7,141 nucleotides of DNA from Candidatus Tremblayella phenacoccinincola (GCF_002682985.1 NZ_MKGN01000004.1:1-7141); one strand, 5' to 3'; positions 1-6,827 are shown, numbered from the stretch's first letter. The notes: generated by a model not told the origin, from the letters alone. A program made the numbers and translations.

Positions 1-45
1 TAATGAGCTGCTTAGATAGTTCTTTGGGGGAACCCTATTGGTAGT

Positions 46-59
46 TAGCTATATAGCTA
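46..59. repeat. Perfect 14-bp palindrome TAGCTATATAGCTA in the non-coding left flank; function unknown
   Basis: Read directly: positions 46-59 equal their own reverse complement. The palindrome does not extend further (T45 vs G60). It contains two AGCT cores. Confidence 0.6.
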
Positions 60-61
60 GA

Positions 62-80
62 AGGAGGAGGGTAGTAGTAG
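62..80. repeat. Adjacent trinucleotide microsatellites (AGG)3 and (GTA)3
   Basis: aAGGAGGAGG (62-70) is followed immediately by GTAGTAGTAg (71-79/80). The sequence looks like a Shine-Dalgarno site, but no start codon follows at usable spacing. Confidence 0.6.
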
Positions 81-169
81 TTATTAGGCATATCTATATT
101 ACTCCCTTCTCTAACATATTTAGATGAAGCTACTGATGCTTCTATTAAGAACATCTTCTTCAGGCTCTC

Positions 170-223
170 AACCCATAGACCACAACCCAAGAGACATCCA
201 AACCCAAGGAGAGCTGGAACCCA
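170..223. repeat. Degenerate tandem repeat seeded by AACCCA (4 copies, periods 14/17/17 nt)
   Basis: AACCCA occurs at 170-175, 184-189, 201-206 and 218-223. Units 2 and 3 share AACCCAAG and then diverge. The tract is non-coding. Confidence 0.5.
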
Positions 224-360
224 TGCTAACTATAGAATACTTCCTCTTTGTAGTGGTTCTAAACAGTCTTTGTGTTAACGCTGTCAGTAGAAGCTAATAA
301 CACCTATATGAAACCCAGCCTTATTAACCATATTCCACATCTGTTCTACATATACATCTT

Positions 361-435
361 GGGTGGTTAGTTCAGTGGTAGAACATCTCTTTTACACGGA
401 GAAGACCGACGGTTCGAACCCGTCACTACCCACCA
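361..435 (+). tRNA. tRNA-Val, anticodon UAC, with genomically encoded 3' CCA
   Basis: Cloverleaf folded by hand. Acceptor stem is GGGTGGT (361-367) / ACTACCC (425-431) with one G-U pair. D arm is GTTC-AGTGGTA-GAAC. Anticodon stem is TCTCT/GGAGA, and loop TTTACAC gives anticodon TAC at 393-395. T arm is GACGG-TTCGAAC-CCGTC. Discriminator A432 is followed by CCA at 433-435. The sequence resembles E. coli tRNA-Val(UAC) from memory. Confidence 0.9.
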
Positions 436-450
436 ACTAATATATATCCT

Positions 451-523
451 GTCCAGATAGCTCAGCTGGTAGAGCAGTGGTCTGAAGAGCCTCGTGTCCT
501 TGGTTCAATTCCAAGTCTGGACA
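451..523 (+). tRNA. tRNA-Phe, anticodon GAA, no encoded CCA
   Basis: Acceptor stem GTCCAGA (451-457) / TCTGGAC (516-522) is fully paired. D arm is GCTC-AGCTGGTA-GAGC. Anticodon stem is GTGGT/GCCTC, and loop CTGAAGA gives GAA at 484-486. Variable loop is GTGTC. T arm is CTTGG-TTCAATT-CCAAG. The discriminator is A523, followed by TAAA. It is colinear with E. coli tRNA-Phe from memory. Confidence 0.9.
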
Positions 524-620
524 TAAATACTATTAACTATATACATGCCTAACCACATATCTAATACATTCCTAAGACACTCCCCTCTTTCCCCAACACA
601 AACAACTATCTTAACTAACA

Positions 621-650
621 ACACATACACATACACATACACATACACAT
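621..650. repeat. Perfect hexanucleotide microsatellite (ACACAT)5
   Basis: Read directly: five uninterrupted ACACAT units span 621-650. The tract sits in the spacer 65 nt upstream of the trxA start codon. Confidence 0.95.
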
Positions 651-703
651 AACACAACAATAACTGCCATCTAATATAGGTTCTTACTAACTAATAACTA
701 GCT

Positions 704-707
704 GGAG
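704..707 (+). promoter_or_regulatory. Shine-Dalgarno-like GGAG for trxA
   Basis: The sequence is ctGGAGtaaccaaATG. GGAG lies at 704-707, with a 7-nt spacer to the ATG at 715. Confidence 0.5.
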
Positions 708-714
708 TAACCAA

Positions 715-1053
715 ATGTCTAACTATAATATTACACATCTTAATGACGAATGCTTTGATAAAAAGATAAAAGAACTAAAAGGACTAGGCTTAGTAGTATT
801 TTGGGCTGAATGGTGTGGCTCATGTAAGTTAATGTTTTCAGTCTTAAATGAGTTAATAAAAGAACTTAATATAAAGGTTTCTATTGCTAAGGTTAATATT
901 GATGAAAACAATATAACAGCTGTAAAATATGAAATACGAAGCATTCCAACATTATTGCTATTCCATGATGGGAAACTAATAGATAATAAGATAGGTGCTT
1001 TATCAAAAGAACAACTTAAAGAACTAATAACTAAAGGCTTAAATAGTAACTAA
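715..1053 (+). CDS. trxA: Thioredoxin (112 aa) with variant active site WCGSC
   Basis: The full-length ORF aligns colinearly with E. coli TrxA from memory. Conserved stretches include FWAEWCG-CK, IAKVNID, the cis-Pro motif IPTLLLF, and GALSKEQLKE. An SD-like GGAG lies upstream. Confidence 0.93.
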   Translation: MSNYNITHLNDECFDKKIKELKGLGLVVFWAEWCGSCKLMFSVLNELIKELNIKVSIAKVNIDENNITAVKYEIRSIPTLLLFHDGKLIDNKIGALSKEQLKELITKGLNSN

Positions 1054-1110
1054 GAACAACAATCTAACGATGGTCTTTCTATCTGTTGGGAAGATCTAAT
1101 AACTAACAAT

Positions 1111-2403
1111 ATGACTAATATAATAAGAAAGCTACCAACTAAACAGCTAATAGGTCTTGCTTTTTCAGGTGGTCTAGATACTAGTGCGGCAATTGTATGG
1201 GTTAGTAATAAAGGAGGCATAGTCTATACATACACTGCCAACTTAGGACAGTATGATGAAAAGCATATGTATATAGCTATTGGAAAAGCTATTAGTTATG
1301 GAGCTAAAAAGGCTTACATTATTGATTGTAGAAAAGGTCTAATAAAAGAAGGACTAATAGCTTTGCAGTGTAAGGCCTTTCATATAGAAACAGCCAACCT
1401 AATATATTTTAATACTACTCCTTTAAGCAGAATAGTGACTAGTATTTCTATAGTATTATATATGAACAGATATAATATATGTATATGGAGTGATGGTAGT
1501 ACATATAAAGGTAATGATATTGAAAGGTTTTACAGATATGGTTTACTAATAAATAATAAGCTAACCATATATAAACCTTGGCTGGATAATAGCTTTGTTA
1601 ATGAACTTGGTGGAAGAAAAGAAATGTACCAGCTTATGATAAAGAATGGGTTTTACTATAAAAAGCAAAAGAAAAGATATTACTCTACTGATTGTAACAT
1701 CCTTGGTAATACATACGAAGCAAAAGAGTTAGAATATCTAGACTTTAATATAAAAAAGATAGAGCTAATTATGTGCTTAGCTTTTTGGAAGAAAAAAGCA
1801 CATATCCCTATAGAGCTACTAAAGCTAAGATATAAACATGGACTACCAACAGCAATAAATAATATTAAGCTTAATATACAGCTAGCATTATTAGAAGAAG
1901 CTAACTCAATAGGTAGTAGACATGGAATAGGCGTATCAGATCAACTAGAAAGCAGAATAATAGAAACAAAGAGCAGAGGTGTTTATGAGTCTCCTGGTGT
2001 TATGTTGCTTTATATTGTATATGAAAGGCTAACTACTGGAATACATGATGTATATACTATAGAGCAGTTAAGTAGCTATGGAAGAACTCTTGGAAAGCTG
2101 CTTTACTTAGGACGTTGGTTCGACTCGCAGTCACTATCTATAAAAGAAGCAGTATCTAAATGGATAACAGCTATTATAAATGGTGAACTAATATTGGAAC
2201 TAAGAAAAGGTAATGACTATTCTATTATATGTACATGCTCTGATAACTTAATATATAACCTAAAAGCTATAACAATGGAAAAAGCTAACTCTAAGTATAC
2301 GTCAAGAGATCGTATAGGTCAGTTAAATATAGCTAACTTTAGTATAGAGAATACAAGAGCTGTTCTACTAGGATATAGTAAGCTTAAAAAGGTATTATGG
2401 TAA
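1111..2403 (+). CDS. argG: Argininosuccinate synthase, E. coli-type long form (430 aa)
   Basis: The N-terminal MTNIIRKLP...AFSGGLDTS is the ATP pyrophosphatase motif. Long conserved blocks match recalled E. coli ArgG: YTANLGQ, YFNTTPL, DGSTYKGNDIERFYRYGLL, IYKPWLD, ELGGR, SRIIE-KSRG-YE-PG, GRWFDSQ and ELR-GNDYSI. The start matches the E. coli N-terminus MTTILKHLP. Confidence 0.93.
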   Translation: MTNIIRKLPTKQLIGLAFSGGLDTSAAIVWVSNKGGIVYTYTANLGQYDEKHMYIAIGKAISYGAKKAYIIDCRKGLIKEGLIALQCKAFHIETANLIYFNTTPLSRIVTSISIVLYMNRYNICIWSDGSTYKGNDIERFYRYGLLINNKLTIYKPWLDNSFVNELGGRKEMYQLMIKNGFYYKKQKKRYYSTDCNILGNTYEAKELEYLDFNIKKIELIMCLAFWKKKAHIPIELLKLRYKHGLPTAINNIKLNIQLALLEEANSIGSRHGIGVSDQLESRIIETKSRGVYESPGVMLLYIVYERLTTGIHDVYTIEQLSSYGRTLGKLLYLGRWFDSQSLSIKEAVSKWITAIINGELILELRKGNDYSIICTCSDNLIYNLKAITMEKANSKYTSRDRIGQLNIANFSIENTRAVLLGYSKLKKVLW

Positions 2404-2426
2404 AAGCAATATAAAGACTAACTACT

Positions 2427-3425
2427 ATGAAACCTGTGGTATATAGTGCGATACAGCCTTCTAGTGAAACATTAACTATAGGTAACTATTTAGGAGCCTT
2501 ATTACATTGGGTCAGAATGCAAGAAGATAATGAATGTATATATTGTATAGCGGATATGCATGCTTTTAGTAGTATTAAAACTAATAAAGCTATACGCAGC
2601 TCTTCATTAGACATTCTAGCATTATACTTAGCTTGCGGTATAGATCCAATAAATACTATAGCTTTTATTCAATCTCATGTACTTGAACACAGTCAGCTTA
2701 ATTGGTTATTAAGTTGTTATGTTTATTTTGGTGAACTAAAAAGAATGACTCAATTTAAGGAAAAGCATCTAAAAGCTAAAGAACCTATTAATATTGGTAT
2801 ATTTAGTTATCCAGTCCTAATGGCAGCAGATATCCTATTATATCAAACAGCTATAACTCCAATAGGAAAAGATCAAAAGCAACATATAGAACTTACAAAA
2901 GCTATAGCTAACCGATTTAATAATATGTATGGAGAAGCCTTTACTATCCCTCAACCATGTATAGCTGTTCAAGGGGCATGTATAATGTCTTTATTACAAC
3001 CAAATATAAAGATGTCTAAATCTGATATCTATAAAAGAAGTACCATATATTTATTAGACAGCCTTTATACATTAGGTTCTAAAGTTAATAAAACAATAAC
3101 AGACTCTGATATGCCACCTACTATATATTATGAACCTATATTTAAACCTGGCATATCAAACTTATTAACCCTATTATCATGTGTAGACAATCCTAATATA
3201 GCTCTTCTAGAAATAAGGTTTGAACTTAACCTATATGGTTGTCTAAAAAAAGCTGTTATACATACATTAAATAAGCTGCTAACATCATTACATACTAAAT
3301 GCTTATCTATTAGAAAAGATGAAAGCTATCTTAATAAACTAATATATGATGGTTCAATAAGAGCTAGCATAAAAGCTAAAACAACTATGAATAAGCTATA
3401 TATAGTATTAGGAATGAATAGCTAA
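2427..3425 (+). CDS. trpS: Tryptophan--tRNA ligase (332 aa)
   Basis: The class I signatures are present: the TIGNYLG (HIGH-equivalent) region and an exact KMSKS. Conserved blocks match recalled E. coli TrpRS: LALYLACGIDP, YFGEL-RMTQFK, YPVLMAADILLYQT, G-DQKQH-EL and TDSD-PP. Confidence 0.93.
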   Translation: MKPVVYSAIQPSSETLTIGNYLGALLHWVRMQEDNECIYCIADMHAFSSIKTNKAIRSSSLDILALYLACGIDPINTIAFIQSHVLEHSQLNWLLSCYVYFGELKRMTQFKEKHLKAKEPINIGIFSYPVLMAADILLYQTAITPIGKDQKQHIELTKAIANRFNNMYGEAFTIPQPCIAVQGACIMSLLQPNIKMSKSDIYKRSTIYLLDSLYTLGSKVNKTITDSDMPPTIYYEPIFKPGISNLLTLLSCVDNPNIALLEIRFELNLYGCLKKAVIHTLNKLLTSLHTKCLSIRKDESYLNKLIYDGSIRASIKAKTTMNKLYIVLGMNS

Positions 3426-5776
3426 TATCTCAGATAAGCATTGAACATTAGCTTTAATATAACTACATATCTTTTAATAGCTAAGTTAATAAGATATTCT
3501 TTAAGTGGCTTTTCACTGCTTTGTATATTAAAACTAAGAGATAAGCTTTTAAACCCTTCCTTTATATTATCATAATATACATCAGATACGTTAGCCTTTA
3601 CTATATAACCAGTAGCTATATTAGTTAGTTCAGATATAATAGTTGAAGCCATTATATGTTTAGATACTATTATAGATATCTGTCTATGGATTATAGGAAG
3701 GATAGTCCTCTTAGAAGCTTTAAACATATTCATATTATAGTCAAGAATGCTCTCACAATATAATTCAAATATAAAAGCACTTCTAACAATATCTAGCTCC
3801 ATCTGTAGTTTAGGGTGAATAGAACCAAAAAGACCAATATAACTCTTCTTAATAAAGATAGCAGCTGATTGGTTTGGGTGTAATGCTAAGCTATATATTG
3901 GTTTAAGCTCAACATCATTAGAGTTACTAGTAATAACAAATATGCTTTCTAAGTCACCTTTTATATCATAGATATCAACTAAACTATAGCTATAGCTACT
4001 ATCCCAATGTTCTTCGAATCTAGAACCAGTAATTATGCCAGCAACCATTAGCTTTTGCTTAATACCTATATCCTTATCAGCAACAAAACAATAACCACTC
4101 TCAAATAAACGAATACGCTTTTGTTGCTGGCTTAGCTTGTAAGTTAATGTCTTAATTAAACCAACTAACAGAGAACTACGAACTACATTCATTTCTTTAG
4201 CTATTGGGTTTTTTATATAGATATGCTTTACATTAGAATATAGTTTAGTTTGTATATTAGAATCAATAAAGCTATATGTAACTACTTCATGATAGTCTCT
4301 ATCAGTTAGCATCTCTTTAATACGTATTAAATGCTTTCGAGTCTTTATGGTTCTTATGGAGTCAGTAAAAGATAGATAAGTAGATATAGGTTTTATACTA
4401 ATATTACAAACCCCATATATGCTAATAACTTCTTCTATTAAGTCTTCTTCGATAGCTATATTGAAACACCAACAAGGCATTAAGACTTTCCAGACAGCAT
4501 TAACACGGATAGCTTTATAGTTTAAGTTAGTTAAAATGATATTAACCTTACCTTCTGGCATATAAAAGCCTATTAAGTTGGTTAACTTATAACGATGTAT
4601 TTCTATTCTATGGTTCTTGATAATATTCTTAGTAGCTATATGGTTATATATTGAACTAGCAAAACCACCACATATAGATATTATTAAGTCACTTATTCGT
4701 TCTATAGCTAAGCTTAATATATTATAGTCTACACCTCTTTCATAATGATATAAAAGCTTAGAGCATAATCTATAATGTGGCTTACCAATAATATATGAAG
4801 GATTAATATATAAAGCGCTTAATATAATGTTAGTTGTTTTTATAGTTATAGACCCATAGTTAGCTTTTGATATACCGACTAAAGATAGGATATTATACAC
4901 ATCAGCTATTACTAAAGCATTTGAATTCAAACCTATCTTATCCCCATTAAAAAGAGTAATAACTTCATTTGGTTTAGATAAACGTATGACTAGCTTTTCT
5001 TTTATAGTATTAAGATCAAATATATCTATAGGCTGTCCTAACTCTAATAATACATATGCTGTTATATCATTAAGAACATTAGTTAATAATATACCACAAC
5101 GACTAAGCTTTTCTCTTAACCATAAGGACGTATCTATGTTAATATTAAGCTTTCTTATTAGCCTAGATACAAAACAAGGACAAACCCTATTAGGTTCTAT
5201 CAATGTTGGAATGTCATTAACAAAAGCTGTCTTAACATAATTAATAGATGGGTATTTCAAAGACATATTGTTTAAACATGATAACACTCGTATAATACCA
5301 AGTATGCTTGAACAATGGGTTTTATTAGGAGCTATAGCTATTTTGATAGCATTATCATTATGGTTAAAATAAGAACTTACGAGCGAACCTAACATAGAAT
5401 CTAATGGTAGTTTTATTAACCTATCAGAACTATAGCTTATGTCTATGCCTGATAAAGACCATAGGAAACCTCCTATAGAACCCGATATGCTAGAACCATC
5501 AACAGCTATATTAAAACAAATAGGTTGTTCAACATATATAGAGCATTTAATATCTAATAGCTTTATATAACCAATATCTACAGAATATATATAGTATCTA
5601 TTCTTAGAATACCTTTTGTAGTTTATAATATGACCTACTATAGGCCTGTTAATATAATAAGGAATAGGTACTATTGAATCAACATGAAGTCCAAACATAG
5701 TTAGTTGTTCTGCTATATAGCTAATATCCTTTTCTAAGTATAACCATTCACGTAACCAAAGCACACTAAATATCAT
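3422..5776 (-). CDS. pheT: Phenylalanine--tRNA ligase beta subunit (784 aa)
   Basis: The N-terminus MIFSVLWLREW corresponds to E. coli MKFSELWLREW. Colinear blocks include NYVLLELGQP, YERGVD, ICGG, EEDLIEEV, YSF-D, RIRLFESG, YD-KGDLES, LHPNQSAA and GYKSLS. It lies directly downstream of pheS (17-nt gap), as in the canonical pheST operon. Confidence 0.93.
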   Translation of the reverse strand: MIFSVLWLREWLYLEKDISYIAEQLTMFGLHVDSIVPIPYYINRPIVGHIINYKRYSKNRYYIYSVDIGYIKLLDIKCSIYVEQPICFNIAVDGSSISGSIGGFLWSLSGIDISYSSDRLIKLPLDSMLGSLVSSYFNHNDNAIKIAIAPNKTHCSSILGIIRVLSCLNNMSLKYPSINYVKTAFVNDIPTLIEPNRVCPCFVSRLIRKLNINIDTSLWLREKLSRCGILLTNVLNDITAYVLLELGQPIDIFDLNTIKEKLVIRLSKPNEVITLFNGDKIGLNSNALVIADVYNILSLVGISKANYGSITIKTTNIILSALYINPSYIIGKPHYRLCSKLLYHYERGVDYNILSLAIERISDLIISICGGFASSIYNHIATKNIIKNHRIEIHRYKLTNLIGFYMPEGKVNIILTNLNYKAIRVNAVWKVLMPCWCFNIAIEEDLIEEVISIYGVCNISIKPISTYLSFTDSIRTIKTRKHLIRIKEMLTDRDYHEVVTYSFIDSNIQTKLYSNVKHIYIKNPIAKEMNVVRSSLLVGLIKTLTYKLSQQQKRIRLFESGYCFVADKDIGIKQKLMVAGIITGSRFEEHWDSSYSYSLVDIYDIKGDLESIFVITSNSNDVELKPIYSLALHPNQSAAIFIKKSYIGLFGSIHPKLQMELDIVRSAFIFELYCESILDYNMNMFKASKRTILPIIHRQISIIVSKHIMASTIISELTNIATGYIVKANVSDVYYDNIKEGFKSLSLSFNIQSSEKPLKEYLINLAIKRYVVILKLMFNAYLRY

Positions 5777-5793
5777 AAGCTACCTACTTCTAG

Positions 5794-6768
5794 CTAACAT
5801 TGTTTAAGAAAGCGTAAGTCATTATCATATAAAAGACGTATATCATTCATATTATAATATAACATTGCTAGCCGCTCTATTCCAATACCAAAAGCAAGAC
5901 CAGCATAGTTAGAACTAATATTAGCATTATTTAATATCTTAGGGTGAATCATACCACAACCTAATACTTCTATCCAAGTACCAGTAGAACTTAATAGGTC
6001 TACTTCTGTAGATAATATTGTAAAAGGAAAGTAAGAAGGACGAAAGCGTAGGTTTATCTTATTATTAAATAAGAACCATATGAAGTCTCTAACTATAGTT
6101 TTTAAGTTAGAATAGCTAATGGTTTTATCAACTAAAAAGCCTTCCATTTGGTGAAACGTAGGCGTATGGGTTTTGTTATAATCATTTCTATATACACGTC
6201 CAGAACTTATTACTTTAATAGGAATCTTTTGGGTTGTTAATAAACGAGACTGCATATTAGAAGCTTGAGTACGTAATAAAAGCTTTTTAGTTAACCAGAA
6301 AGTAGCGTGATCAGTGCGAGAAGGATGATATTTAGGTATATTAAGAACTTCAAAGTTATGGAAAGCATCTTCTATTTCAATGCCAGACATAGCTATAAAC
6401 CCTAGCTTTAAAAAGAATCTTTCAGACTTGGATATTATATCTGTTATAGGATGCAAACTACCAATAGTTATGGTTCTACCAGGAAGTGAGCTGTCTACTT
6501 CTTCTTTAGCTCTTTCTTCTAATGTTAATGATTCTATTATAGACTTACGGTTAGTAAAGAGTAGTTGAGTTATCTGTTTAGACTCATTAACTATAATACC
6601 AAATATAGATCTTTTTAATATAGATAGCTTATTTAAGAACTTAAGAAGGTTTGATATAACTCCTTTTTTACCAATGAAGTTAATACGTACTACTTCTAGT
6701 TCTTTTATAGTATTAGGTTTATATATGTATAGTTTGATATGTAGTAGCAGCTTATGAAGAAATAGCAT
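5794..6768 (-). CDS. pheS: Phenylalanine--tRNA ligase alpha subunit (324 aa)
   Basis: Class II motifs and blocks match recalled E. coli PheS: GKKG, SLPGR, LHP, YHNF-LNIP-HP-R, LLRTQ-S, GRVYRNDY--THTP-FHQMEG, RFRPSYFPFT-S-EVD, LGCGM-HP, FG-G-ERL and NDLRFLKQ. The N-terminal segment up to GKKG has the same length as in E. coli. Confidence 0.93.
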   Translation of the reverse strand: MLFLHKLLLHIKLYIYKPNTIKELEVVRINFIGKKGVISNLLKFLNKLSILKRSIFGIIVNESKQITQLLFTNRKSIIESLTLEERAKEEVDSSLPGRTITIGSLHPITDIISKSERFFLKLGFIAMSGIEIEDAFHNFEVLNIPKYHPSRTDHATFWLTKKLLLRTQASNMQSRLLTTQKIPIKVISSGRVYRNDYNKTHTPTFHQMEGFLVDKTISYSNLKTIVRDFIWFLFNNKINLRFRPSYFPFTILSTEVDLLSSTGTWIEVLGCGMIHPKILNNANISSNYAGLAFGIGIERLAMLYYNMNDIRLLYDNDLRFLKQC

Positions 6769-6797
6769 AGGCTTTACTCTTCCCCCCAGTTAGAACC

Positions 6798-6827
6798 ATA
6801 TTAGGTAGTGGTTGTAGATATAATCAA
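6798..6827 (-). promoter_or_regulatory. Candidate sigma70-type promoter for pheST (TTGATT-N18-TAATAT)
   Basis: On the - strand, TTGATT is the reverse complement of 6822-6827. An 18-nt spacer follows, then TAATAT (reverse complement of 6798-6803). The -10 box ends about 30 nt upstream of the pheS ATG, and a purine-rich GGGGGGAAGAG lies between them as a possible RBS. This is a pattern match only, and such hexamers are easy to find by chance. Confidence 0.25.

Noticed and set aside
61-70. Strong Shine-Dalgarno look-alike AAGGAGGAGG
   Set aside because: No ATG, GTG or TTG start lies 4-12 nt downstream, and the following frame hits a stop quickly. It is better explained as an (AGG)3 microsatellite.
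35-154. 39-aa ORF on the - strand in the left flank (MFLIEASVASSKYVREGSNIDMPNNYYYPPPSSYIANYQ)
   Set aside because: It is short and has no convincing RBS. The YYYPPP segment is simply the reverse reading of the (AGG)3(GTA)3 microsatellites. There is no recognisable family, so it is most likely a chance ORF.
723-944. 73-aa ORF on the - strand from the ORF track
   Set aside because: It lies entirely antisense within the well-supported trxA gene. The low-complexity S/F/I/L-rich product has no recognisable motif or RBS. This is a typical shadow ORF in AT-rich DNA.
1070-1099. 9-codon mini-ORF (MVFLSVGKI*) between trxA and argG as a possible leader peptide
   Set aside because: It has no Arg codons, no associated attenuator hairpin and no RBS. 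A single short ATG-to-stop frame like this is not evidence of a leader peptide.
4986-5240. 84-aa ORF on the + strand from the ORF track
   Set aside because: It is antisense inside pheT, whose full-length colinearity with E. coli PheT explains the region. It has no motif or RBS support.
6380-6568. 62-aa ORF on the + strand from the ORF track
   Set aside because: It is antisense inside pheS and has no independent support.
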